Assembly (NCBI GenBank): GCA_039588155.1 | Contig: JBDHAI010000005.1 | Span: 1-34,848 of the forward strand | Direction of reading: 5' to 3' | From: Gemmatimonadota bacterium | Lineage (GTDB): Bacteria; Gemmatimonadota; Gemmatimonadetes; Palauibacterales; KS3-K002 | Length of the DNA stretch: 34,848 nt | In this document: positions 26,620 to 34,760 of the stretch, one piece after another | Position numbering within the stretch: the first letter of the stretch is position 1 | Layout: every line of letters starts with the position of its first letter | The notes under the pieces: generated by a model | Databases searched by the model: none | Seen by the model: only the letters and a program-made list of their open reading frames with translations | What the model was told of the DNA's origin: nothing | Made by a program: the position numbers and the translations under genes

Positions 26620-26634
26620 TGGCCTGAGGATTGC
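26620..26634 (+). promoter_or_regulatory. Sigma-54 (-24/-12) promoter of operon A
   Basis: TGGCCTGAGGATTGC has GG and GC in exactly the consensus spacing of TGGCAC-N5-TTGC. It lies about 25 nt upstream of the TTG start at 26659, the same geometry as the operon B promoter. Confidence 0.75.
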
Positions 26635-26658
26635 GGTTCCGCATTCCGGAGTAAACCG

Positions 26659-27030
26659 TTGAAAGTTGCAATACCCTGCATGGGAGAGGTCGTCGCGCCG
26701 TGTCTGGAGTGCGCGGCCACGATCGCGATCTTCACCACTGAAGGTGGAAAGGTCGTGGACCGGCTCGAGTTTCCCATCTCGAGTCGAGAGCCGCTCGACC
26801 GGATTCGGCTCCTTCGCGACCAGAAGGTGGACACGATCATCTGCGGGGGAGTGCAGGACGCCTACGAAGACCTGGTACTCGCGAGCGGCGTCAGACTGAT
26901 CTCGTGGGTCTCCGGGAACGTCGAGGATCTGCTCGCTCAGTACCTGGGCGGGCGACTCGAACCAGGAAAGCGCGCCGGTAAGACGAAGGCACCCGGCCAC
27001 GGCGAGAACGGGTCCGGTCATGCCAACTGA
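26659..27030 (+). CDS. NifX/NifB-like (dinitrogenase FeMo-cofactor-binding fold) protein, paralog A
   Basis: TTG start after GGAG. The sequence is (M)KVAIPCMGEVVAPCLECAATIAIFTTEGGKVVDRLEFP...DRIRLLRDQKVDTIICGGVQDAYEDLVLASGVRLISWVSGNVEDLL. It fits the MKIAIP...FxI...VdvVIcGgIg...L...GI.V pattern of the Nitro_FeMo-Co family. Confidence 0.7.
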   Translation: MKVAIPCMGEVVAPCLECAATIAIFTTEGGKVVDRLEFPISSREPLDRIRLLRDQKVDTIICGGVQDAYEDLVLASGVRLISWVSGNVEDLLAQYLGGRLEPGKRAGKTKAPGHGENGSGHAN

Positions 27031-28150
27031 AGACGTCAGGGGCTGGCTCCAGGCGAACCTCTTTGACGCCGTTCCTGTCAGCATCTGCGTCATCGACCGG
27101 TCCTTTCGCGTCATCGTCGCGAACGAGCTCTTCGGCAAGACCTACGGACCCTGGGAGAACCGCTACTGCTACTCGGTCTACAAGGACCGGTCGGAGCGCT
27201 GCATACACTGTGGGGCTCGTGAAACGTTCAATGACGGGAAGATCCGATCCCGGGAAGAGCAGGGCAGGACGCACGATGGACGCCGGATCGAGTACCTGGT
27301 TCACCTCGTCCCGATGGTGCAGCCGGGCGGCGAGGTCCGTCACGTGATAGAGATGTCCACCGACATCAGCGACCTGAAGAGACTCGAGAAGGAGAAGACC
27401 GAGGCCGAGCGGCTTGCGGCCGTGGGGGAGACGGTGGCGGGCATCGCGCACGGGCTCAAGAATGTACTGATGGGTCTGGAAGGGGGCATGTACGCCTTCA
27501 GCACGGGGCTCGACAAGGGCGATGCGGAGCGGATGTCCCAAGCCTGGAGCATGTTGCAGGGGAACATCAATCGCGTGTCGAGGTTCGTCCGGGAGTTCCT
27601 GGACTTCGCGAGAGGGCGAGCCCCGGATGTCTCGGTGGTGGATCCGAACGAGCCGGCGAGAGACGTCGTCGACTTGTTCAAGGAGATGGCGGCGAAGGAG
27701 GGCGTGACCCTCGAGGGGAACTTTCACAAGGGTATGGCGGAAGCGTTTCTCGACAGAGAGGGAATCCACACCTGCCTGGCCAATCTCATTTCGAATGCCA
27801 TACAGGCATGTAGGATGAGCGACCGGAAACGGAAGTACAAGGTGACGCTTTCCACCCGCGAGAAGAACGGATCGATACTGTACGAAGTGACCGACAACGG
27901 ATGCGGGATGGACTACGACGTCAGCAGGAAGGTGTTCTCGAGTTTCTTCAGCACCAAGAGCGCGGACTCCGGCACCGGTTTGGGACTTCTCACCACGAAG
28001 AACATCGCCCACCAGCACGGCGGCAAGGTGTCGTTCGAGACGGACGAGGGGGTAGGCTCGGTCTTCAGAATCGAGTTACCACGTAGGAACCTACCCGTAC
28101 CAGACGCGGACAAGGAAACGGGAGCGGCTCAAACAAACGAAAACGCCTGA
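27020..28150 (+). CDS. Cytoplasmic PAS sensor histidine kinase
   Basis: Overlaps the preceding gene by 11 nt. The PAS domain carries a Cys cluster (YCYSVYKDRSERCIHCG). H-box AAVGETVAGIAHGLKN. ATPase motifs: NLISNAIQA, TDNGCGMD, GTGLGL. No TM helix. Confidence 0.85.
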   Translation: MPTEDVRGWLQANLFDAVPVSICVIDRSFRVIVANELFGKTYGPWENRYCYSVYKDRSERCIHCGARETFNDGKIRSREEQGRTHDGRRIEYLVHLVPMVQPGGEVRHVIEMSTDISDLKRLEKEKTEAERLAAVGETVAGIAHGLKNVLMGLEGGMYAFSTGLDKGDAERMSQAWSMLQGNINRVSRFVREFLDFARGRAPDVSVVDPNEPARDVVDLFKEMAAKEGVTLEGNFHKGMAEAFLDREGIHTCLANLISNAIQACRMSDRKRKYKVTLSTREKNGSILYEVTDNGCGMDYDVSRKVFSSFFSTKSADSGTGLGLLTTKNIAHQHGGKVSFETDEGVGSVFRIELPRRNLPVPDADKETGAAQTNENA

Positions 28151-28167
28151 AGCGTAGAGGGACTGCC

Positions 28168-28707
28168 ATGGCCAGAGCACAAGACAAGACCGTCCTCGTG
28201 GTGGACGACGAGCCGGATGTGCGCAACTACCTTTCCATGATTCTCACAGACGCCGGCTTCAACGTTGTTAACGCGAGCGACGGTGTGGAAGCCCTGGAGA
28301 TCATCCGGGAGAAGAAGCCCGACTTCATTTCGCTCGACTTGGTCATGCCGAGGAAGAGTGGACATAAGCTGTTGTACGAGTTGAGAAAGGACCGAGAGCT
28401 TTCGCGCATCCCGGTGCTGATCGTCACGGCACACGCACAGACGGAACTCGGCAAGAGCGACCTGGACGACATCATGGAGAGCAAGGTGATCTCGGGCCCG
28501 AGCGTCTATCTGGAGAAGCCGGTCAGGCCCCAGGACTACGTAAGATCCGTGCAGCGAGCCCTCGGCATCGAGGAGGCCGAGGTCACCGACGACAAGATGG
28601 GGATCCAGAAGGAACTGGAACAAGAGCTGCGCAACGCGAGCACCGATTCAATGAAGCGCGCCCTGGAGATGCTCAAAAAGAAGAAACACACGGACGGTCA
28701 AAAATGA
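28168..28707 (+). CDS. Response regulator, receiver domain only plus a charged helical C-terminal tail
   Basis: VLVVDDEPDVRNYL...PDFISLDLVMP...PVLIVTA...LEKP are CheY-like receiver motifs. No DNA-binding domain. Confidence 0.85.
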   Translation: MARAQDKTVLVVDDEPDVRNYLSMILTDAGFNVVNASDGVEALEIIREKKPDFISLDLVMPRKSGHKLLYELRKDRELSRIPVLIVTAHAQTELGKSDLDDIMESKVISGPSVYLEKPVRPQDYVRSVQRALGIEEAEVTDDKMGIQKELEQELRNASTDSMKRALEMLKKKKHTDGQK

Positions 28708-29624
28708 GCGAACTGCAGATTCTAATGTATGTCGCCTATGCGTTCCTCTTCGTGGGTACGGGGTACAGAGCCTACAGAATGGCGAGAATGCCCGTGCACC
28801 TGCGGTGGGACCTCTATCCCATCCCCCACGAAAAGGGACGGGGACACTACGGAGGGTCGTACTTCGAGGAAGTCGACTGGTGGACGAAGCCGGCCGAGGT
28901 ATCGGTGCGAAGCGAGCTCCGAGAAGTGGCCAAGGAAATCCTGTTCATCCAGTCCATGTATCACAACAACCGCTCCTTGTGGGCGTGTTCCTTCCCGTTT
29001 CATTTTGGACTCTATGCGCTGATCGTCTTCGTCTTCCTGATATTCCTCGGGGCGTTTCTCGACCTGGTGGGGATATCGGTATCCGCAGAGGGCAATCTGC
29101 TCGGCAGATCCTTGTACTACGTGACGGCGCCCCTGGGCCTGTTCGGCTCGGTGCTGGTCACCCTGGGCGCCGCGGGCCTTCTGGTGAGCCGGGTGGCACG
29201 GGTGGACCTGCGCCGCACATCCGTACGCAGCGACTACTTCAATCTGATCCTGCTTCTGGCCGTGTCCGTAAGCGGGATTGTGGCCTGGGGTGCCGACGAT
29301 CTCTCCTATTCGCAATCGAGGCTGTTCATCGCTCGCTTGATTTCCCTGCAACCGGCGGAGCCCGTGTCGGCCGCGTTTGCCACGCATCTCGTGCTGGCCG
29401 CCGTCTTCATGATTTACCTCCCGTTCACTCACATGACGCATTTCGTGGGTAAGTACTTCACCTACCACAAGGTTCGCTGGGAGGACAGCCCGAACGTCAG
29501 GGGAAGCGTGCTCGAGAAGAGAATCAATGAGGCGCTTGGGTACACCGTGACCTGGGCGGCGCCGCACATCAAGACCGGCGGCACTTGGGCCGAAGCCGCA
29601 ACGGAAGAGAGTACCAAGAAATGA
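28704..29624 (+). CDS. NarI/DsrM/HdrE-like membrane di-heme cytochrome b subunit (nitrate reductase gamma family), paralog A
   Basis: ATGA overlap with the response regulator gene. About 6 TM helices with conserved His in helices: PVHLRWDLYPIPHE, FPFHFGLYAL, ATHLVLAAVFMIYLPFTHMTHF. Confidence 0.7.
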   Translation: MSELQILMYVAYAFLFVGTGYRAYRMARMPVHLRWDLYPIPHEKGRGHYGGSYFEEVDWWTKPAEVSVRSELREVAKEILFIQSMYHNNRSLWACSFPFHFGLYALIVFVFLIFLGAFLDLVGISVSAEGNLLGRSLYYVTAPLGLFGSVLVTLGAAGLLVSRVARVDLRRTSVRSDYFNLILLLAVSVSGIVAWGADDLSYSQSRLFIARLISLQPAEPVSAAFATHLVLAAVFMIYLPFTHMTHFVGKYFTYHKVRWEDSPNVRGSVLEKRINEALGYTVTWAAPHIKTGGTWAEAATEESTKK

Positions 29625-31237
29625 GCAAGGGCAAGAGGGTGACGATCAAGGATTTCTGCACCAAATCGGGCCAGCTCGTCGAGCTGGACACCACACAGTT
29701 CCCGCCGCTGCCGGCCCCATACGACGAGCTCGATCTCGTGCCGAAGATCAAGCCGCTCTCGCAAGAGGTCAAAGACAGACTCGAGAGCGACCTCGACGGC
29801 GTGTCGGCGGTCAAATTCCCTCGCCCGGAAACGGAAGAGGAGAAGCGGGAGCTCGTAGGGCGGTTTCTCTCGGGGCTGAAGAAGCTCTTCGAGCGGGAGA
29901 ACAACTGGGGCTTCATGCAGCCGTTGTTCCTGACCATCGAGTACTGCGCGAAGTGTCAGACGTGCGCGTCGGCCTGCCCGATCTACAACGAATCGGGCGA
30001 ACAGGACATCTATCGGCCGACCTACCGCTCGGACATTCTGCGGCGTCTGTACAAGAAATACGTAAAGCAAGGCGGCAAGATCCTGGTCAAGATATCAGGC
30101 GATGACATCGAGGCCAGCTGGCTGATGATCGCTCGCGTACTGGAGCTCAGCTATCGCTGTACCGTTTGCCGCCGCTGCGCCCAGACCTGCCCCATAGGTG
30201 TGGACAACGGCCTCGTAACGCGCGAGTTGAGGAAGATATTCAGTCAGGAGATGGGCGTTACGATCGAACAGCTGCACCAAAAGGGATCCGTCCAGCAGCT
30301 CGAGAAGGGGTCCAGCACCGGGATGACACCGGTCGCATTCCTGGACAACATCGAGTTCCTCGAGGACGAAGTGGAAGAGAGAACGGGGATGAAGTTCAAA
30401 TGGCCGATGGACAAGGCGGGAGCGGATGTTCTCTTGATTCACAACGCCGGCGAGTATCTGGCGTGGCCAGAGAATCCAGAGGCCTTCGCGATCATCCTGG
30501 AGAAGGCCGGCATCAGCTACACGCTTTCGAGCGAGCTGCTCGGGTATGACAGCGTCAACTATGGTGTGTGGTACGACGACGTGCAGTTTGCCAAGGTGGC
30601 CCTCAAGCACGCACAGATCGCAAAGGATCTCGGCGTCAAGAAAATCGTCCTGGGCGAGTGCGGCCACGCCCACAAGGCCCTGACGGTGATCGCAGATCGT
30701 GTGTTCTCCGGTGACTACAACATCCCCCGCGAGAGTTCTCTGACGCTGCTCCGCGATATCGTGACGAGCGGGAAGCTCAAACTGGACCCGGCGCGAAATG
30801 ACGACATGACGACCACGCTCCACGATCCCTGCAACATCGTGCGGCTGATGGGGATAGTCGAACCGCAGCGCGAGATCCTGAGAGCCGTGTCCAATCACTT
30901 CCGCGAGATGACACCTCACGGGGTGCACAACTACTGCTGCGGCGGCGGAAGCGGGTTTGCGATAACCGCGAACACCAACTTCCCGGACTGGCGCACCGTG
31001 GTGTCATCCCGGGCCAAGTTGCGACAGATACTCGACGTCTTCAGTGACGTCATCGGACCGGAGCACAAGAAATACGTCTGTGCGCCGTGCTCGAACTGCA
31101 AGGGCGCGATGCGCGACATGTTTGCCGCCTATGGCCTGTTCGAGCGGTGCAACATACTCTATGGAGGCCTCGTGGAGCTGGTCGTAAATGCGATGGTCGA
31201 TGTTGAGAAGCCTTTTCTCGAGTGGGAGTTCCACTAG
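29621..31237 (+). CDS. HdrD/DsrK-like iron-sulfur protein (two 4Fe-4S motifs plus CCG domains), paralog A
   Basis: ATGA overlap with the upstream gene; starts MSKGKR. Cys motifs: CAKCQTCASACP, CTVCRRCAQTCP, LHDPCNIVR, NYCCGGGSG, CAPCSNCKGA. Confidence 0.85.
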   Translation: MSKGKRVTIKDFCTKSGQLVELDTTQFPPLPAPYDELDLVPKIKPLSQEVKDRLESDLDGVSAVKFPRPETEEEKRELVGRFLSGLKKLFERENNWGFMQPLFLTIEYCAKCQTCASACPIYNESGEQDIYRPTYRSDILRRLYKKYVKQGGKILVKISGDDIEASWLMIARVLELSYRCTVCRRCAQTCPIGVDNGLVTRELRKIFSQEMGVTIEQLHQKGSVQQLEKGSSTGMTPVAFLDNIEFLEDEVEERTGMKFKWPMDKAGADVLLIHNAGEYLAWPENPEAFAIILEKAGISYTLSSELLGYDSVNYGVWYDDVQFAKVALKHAQIAKDLGVKKIVLGECGHAHKALTVIADRVFSGDYNIPRESSLTLLRDIVTSGKLKLDPARNDDMTTTLHDPCNIVRLMGIVEPQREILRAVSNHFREMTPHGVHNYCCGGGSGFAITANTNFPDWRTVVSSRAKLRQILDVFSDVIGPEHKKYVCAPCSNCKGAMRDMFAAYGLFERCNILYGGLVELVVNAMVDVEKPFLEWEFH

Positions 31238-31258
31238 ATTTGCTCGGAGGGATACAAG

Positions 31259-31648
31259 TTGGCCCGAAAAATACTGATAGTCGATGACGAGGCCGATGCC
31301 AGGACCTATCTGGAAGTGTTGTTCCAGGAGAACGGCTACGAGACCGCGGTCGCGGTTGACGGCGATGAGGCGATGCCGAAGGTCAAAGAGTTCAAACCGG
31401 ACGTGATCACGCTGGACATCATCATGCCCCGCGAAAGCGGGCAGAAGTTCTATCGCGAGTTGGTGCGAGACCCGGAATTCGCAAAGGTGCCGGTCGTCGT
31501 ATGCAGCGGCGTGACGCGGTACCGGGAGCTGTTCTCGCGCGATCACCGTACCATGCCCAAGCCGTTCGCCTTTGTCGAGAAGCCCGTCGACAGGGACGAG
31601 CTTCTGCAGAAGATCAAGGAAGCGATCGCGTCTCGCGGCGAGGGGTGA
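31259..31648 (+). CDS. Single-domain response regulator (CheY-like)
   Basis: TTG start. ILIVDDEADARTYL...PDVITLDIIMP...PVVVCSG...VEKP. Paralog of the 28168 response regulator. Confidence 0.85.
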   Translation: MARKILIVDDEADARTYLEVLFQENGYETAVAVDGDEAMPKVKEFKPDVITLDIIMPRESGQKFYRELVRDPEFAKVPVVVCSGVTRYRELFSRDHRTMPKPFAFVEKPVDRDELLQKIKEAIASRGEG

Positions 31649-31694
31649 CACGCCGGGCTCCCCTGGCACGATCGCGCCCTCTGAACGCGCGCCA

Positions 31695-31749
31695 CCGTTG
31701 TTTCATGCGTGAAAGCGTGAAACAGCGGTGGTTTCATGCGCGCAACAAG
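31695..31749 (+). promoter_or_regulatory. Upstream activator sequence (UAS-B), paralogous to 26481..26536
   Basis: See UAS-A for the alignment. It lies about 135 nt upstream of the -24/-12 element at 31832. Confidence 0.65.
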
Positions 31750-31831
31750 CGGCCGCCTGCGAGCGGCGGTCATGCGGTCCTTACCAGTTGTGTGTCAACG
31801 TGTTGCAGTGTGTCTGCACGCGGGCTTTGAT

Positions 31832-31846
31832 TTGGCAAGGGGATTG
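31832..31846 (+). promoter_or_regulatory. Sigma-54 (-24/-12) promoter of operon B
   Basis: TGGCAAGGGGATTGC has consensus GG/GC spacing. It lies about 25 nt upstream of the TTG start at 31872, with GGAGG in between. Confidence 0.8.
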
Positions 31847-31871
31847 CGGTCTTTGAGCCTGGAGGAAACCG

Positions 31872-32225
31872 TTGAAAATCGCAATCCCTCGGATGGGTGA
31901 AGTCGTTGCCCCGTGCCTCGAGTACTCGGCGACGATCGCGATTTTCTCCGTCGAAGGTGGAGCGGTCGTCGACCAGCTCGACTTTCCGATCTCGAGTCGA
32001 AATCCCCTCGACCGGATTCGCCTGCTGCGCGACCAGAAGGTGGACACGATCATCTGCGGCGGCGTGCAGGACGTCTATGAAGACCTGGTGTGCGCGAGCG
32101 GCATCCGGCTGATCTCTTGGGTCTCTGGAAACATCGAGGAACTTCTCGGTCTGTTCCTCGAGGGGCGGTTGGTCCCGGGAAAGCGCTCGCGTCAGCCCGA
32201 CGCGCAACGCCGCCACCAAGCGTAG
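31872..32225 (+). CDS. NifX/NifB-like protein, paralog B
   Basis: TTG start. MKIAIPRMGEVVAPCLEYSATIAIFSVEGGAVVDQLDFP...DRIRLLRDQKVDTIICGGVQDVYEDLVCASGIRLISWVSGNIEELL. It shares roughly 80% nucleotide identity with paralog A, including a 32-nt identical run (26815-26846 = 32028-32059). Confidence 0.7.
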   Translation: MKIAIPRMGEVVAPCLEYSATIAIFSVEGGAVVDQLDFPISSRNPLDRIRLLRDQKVDTIICGGVQDVYEDLVCASGIRLISWVSGNIEELLGLFLEGRLVPGKRSRQPDAQRRHQA

Positions 32226-32237
32226 GAAGAAGCATTC

Positions 32238-33659
32238 GTGACGACCAGCAAGTACAGCTACTACGTCGAGAACAGGACCCTGGAGGTGACGGAGCGGCCG
32301 AGGAAGTTCCTGGAGGCGTTCGCGGCCGTTCTGGAGCACGGAAGCTACGGCATCGCGCTCGATGCCTACGCGCGGATGTGCTCGCGCTGCGCGCGCTGCG
32401 CGAGCAGCTGCCAACTCTACGACACCACCGAGGCCGCGCGAGACATCCCCATCCACCGCTCGGAGCTGCTCCTGCGCGTCTACCGGCGGTACTTCACGCA
32501 AGGTGGACTGGCGAAGGCCCGGCTCTTCGGCGGGTTCGAGCTCAGCGACGAGTACCTGGATCTCATGGCCGAGGAATACTACCGCTGCACGGCTTGCCGA
32601 CGCTGCACGCGGTACTGCCCGCTCGGCATCGACCACGGCCTGATCACGCACCTCGCGCGCTGGCTGCTGGCGGAGGTCGGCGTGATACCGAAGGCGCTCG
32701 TGGTCTCCGTCCGCGAGCAGCTCGAGGGCGTGGGCAATACCTCCGCCATTCCGGTCGCGGCGCTCAAGGACACCTGCGAGTTCCTGGAGGAGGAGCTCGA
32801 GGAGCAGACGGGCCTGGATATCAAGTTCCCCTTCGACGTGGAGGGGGCGGAGTACATCTTCTTTCCGGCCGTCTCCGACTACCTGCTGGAGGCGGACACC
32901 CTGATGGGAAACGCGGCCGTGATGCACGTCACGGGCGGATCGTGGACGATCGGCACCGGAAACTTCGACGGCATCAACTATGGGCTGTTCTACAGCGACC
33001 GGATGATGGAGCGGATCGTCGCCAACCTCGTCGCGGAGGCCCGCAGAATCAACGCGAAGAAGATCCTCATCGGCGAGTGCGGGCACGCGACCCGTAGCGC
33101 CTGGTTCATACCGACGTTCGCCGGACAGGACAGCCCGCCGGTCGTGCACTGCATACAGTACGCCGCGCAGATGCTGAGGGAGGGGAAGCTCCCGTTGAAG
33201 AAGGGGAAAATCGAAGGTCGCGTGACCTACCACGACCCCTGCAACATCGCGCGCAGCGGGCGCATCGTGGAGGAGCCTCGGGAGATTCTCCGCGCCATCT
33301 GCGAGGAGTACGTGGACATGACGCCGAACCGGGCGGACAACTACTGCTGCGGCGGTGGCAGCGGAACGGTCTCGATCGACGAACTCCGCGAGTTCCGGAC
33401 GCACGAGGCGGGCAAACTCAAGGCGGAGCAGATTCGGGCCACCGGCGCGAACATGGTCGTCGCTCCTTGCGCCAACTGCAAGAAGCAGCTGCGCGAGGTG
33501 TGTGAGGACAACGGGCTCGAATCGGTTCAGATCACCGGGCTTCACGACTTGCTGCTGAAGGTCATCGATTTCGGGACGAGCGCCTCCAGCGGAGAGAACG
33601 CCGAAGATGCGAAGGGCGCGCCGGAAGTCACAACGGAAGCGGAAGCGAAGGGGGAGTAG
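32238..33659 (+). CDS. HdrD/DsrK-like iron-sulfur protein with CCG domains, paralog B
   Basis: GTG start. Cys motifs: CSRCARCASSCQ, CTACRRCTRYCP, YHDPCNIARSG, NYCCGGGSG, APCANCKKQL. Confidence 0.85.
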   Translation: MTTSKYSYYVENRTLEVTERPRKFLEAFAAVLEHGSYGIALDAYARMCSRCARCASSCQLYDTTEAARDIPIHRSELLLRVYRRYFTQGGLAKARLFGGFELSDEYLDLMAEEYYRCTACRRCTRYCPLGIDHGLITHLARWLLAEVGVIPKALVVSVREQLEGVGNTSAIPVAALKDTCEFLEEELEEQTGLDIKFPFDVEGAEYIFFPAVSDYLLEADTLMGNAAVMHVTGGSWTIGTGNFDGINYGLFYSDRMMERIVANLVAEARRINAKKILIGECGHATRSAWFIPTFAGQDSPPVVHCIQYAAQMLREGKLPLKKGKIEGRVTYHDPCNIARSGRIVEEPREILRAICEEYVDMTPNRADNYCCGGGSGTVSIDELREFRTHEAGKLKAEQIRATGANMVVAPCANCKKQLREVCEDNGLESVQITGLHDLLLKVIDFGTSASSGENAEDAKGAPEVTTEAEAKGE

Positions 33660-33666
33660 AGCGGCG

Positions 33667-34368
33667 ATGGAAAGCTGGCTTGCATGGGCGCGCGGGCCCC
33701 TCTTCTGGGCCGCGCTCGCGTTCTTGCTCCTGGGACTGGCCCGGCACGTCTTCGTGGTCGGTTGGGAGGTCGTGCGGATCACGCGCCGCGCGGGCGACGG
33801 GCGCGTCCCCTACCGGAGACTTGCCAAGGTAACCTTGGCATGGCTGTTTCCATTCGGAAAGCTGAGGAACCGTGCGTTGCTCGGCGTCACGTCCCTCGTG
33901 TTTCACATCGCGATCATACTGGTGCCCCTGTTCCTCGCGGGCCACATCGCCCTGTGGCAACGAGGACTGGGCCTCTCCTGGCCGGCGATACCGAACGCGC
34001 TTGCCGACGTCCTCGCCATCGTGGCGGTCGTTGGCGCCGCGCTTCTCGTGCTGCAGCGGGCGATTGCGAAGGACACCCGCGCCGTCGGCCGGTTCCAGGA
34101 CTACTCCCTGCCCCTGTTCATCGCGCTTCCGTTCGCGGCGGGGTTTCTCGTCATGCACCCTGAGTGGAACCCGTTCCCGTACGAGTTGACCCTTCTCGTG
34201 CACGTCCTGAGCGCGAACGTTCTGCTGATTCTGATTCCAGTCACCAAGCTCAGCCACGCCGTGCTGATGCCCGGCTCGCAGCTCATCACGGAAGTGGCGT
34301 GGCACTGGCCGGCGTCCGCCGGCAGCAAAGTCGGTATCACCCTGGGCAAGGAGGGTGAGCCGGTATGA
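33667..34368 (+). CDS. NarI/DsrM-like membrane cytochrome b subunit, paralog B
   Basis: Preferred ATG at 33667 (MESWLAWARGPLFW...). About 5-6 TM helices with His-bearing helices: LVFHIAIILVPLFLAGH and LLVHVLSANVLLILIPVTKLSH. Confidence 0.7.
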   Translation: MESWLAWARGPLFWAALAFLLLGLARHVFVVGWEVVRITRRAGDGRVPYRRLAKVTLAWLFPFGKLRNRALLGVTSLVFHIAIILVPLFLAGHIALWQRGLGLSWPAIPNALADVLAIVAVVGAALLVLQRAIAKDTRAVGRFQDYSLPLFIALPFAAGFLVMHPEWNPFPYELTLLVHVLSANVLLILIPVTKLSHAVLMPGSQLITEVAWHWPASAGSKVGITLGKEGEPV

Positions 34369-34721
34369 GCGCTCCCAAGGGGATTCTGATCGACACCACG
34401 CTCTGCACCGGCTGCGAAGAGTGCATCGTGGCCTGCAAGGAGCAGAACGGTCTGGGCAAGGATCGCCCCTGGCACGGGCAGGAGTCGATTCACGATCTCT
34501 CCGCCACGCGCTGGAGCACGATCATCCGGAAGCCGGCCGGACGCTACGTTCGCAACCAGTGCCGACACTGCCTGGAGCCCGCCTGCGTGTCGGCGTGCAT
34601 CGTGGGCGCGTTGAAGAGATCCTCCGAGGGAGCGATCACCTACGACGAAGACAGGTGCATGGGGTGCCGATACTGCATGTTGTCATGTCCGTATGAAATA
34701 CCCCGCTACGACTGGGACCGC
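34365..34721 (+). CDS. 4Fe-4S dicluster ferredoxin-type subunit (DsrO/HybA/DmsB-like), apparently 3'-truncated
   Basis: Not in the ORF track because the frame has no stop before the window end. ATGA overlap with the upstream gene. My translation: MSAPKGILIDTTLCTGCEECIVACKEQ...RNQCRHCLEPACVSACIVGAL...DEDRCMGCRYCMLSCPYEIPRYDWDR. Three Cys clusters are present. The expected fourth (KC..C...P.C) is absent, and similarity is lost after about 34721. Confidence 0.65.
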
Positions 34722-34760
34722 AGGCCACCAACGAGCGGCTTGCGTAGCGGTCCAGCAGAT

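Noticed and set aside
25059-28018. 382-aa (25059..26207) and 375-aa (26891..28018) minus-strand ORFs
   Set aside because: They lie antisense to the sigma-54 activator and the histidine kinase, both of which have unmistakable motifs. No RBS or family signal is present on the minus strand.
31770-33782. 670-aa minus-strand ORF spanning the NifX-like B and HdrD-like B genes
   Set aside because: It is Arg/Ala/Leu-rich with no motifs. The plus strand carries two well-supported genes with canonical Cys motifs and a sigma-54 promoter, so this is a shadow ORF.
34355-34696. 113-aa plus-strand ORF listed at the right edge
   Set aside because: It is in the wrong frame. The ATG at 34365 in the neighbouring frame gives canonical CxxCxxCxxxC ferredoxin motifs and an ATGA overlap with the upstream gene.
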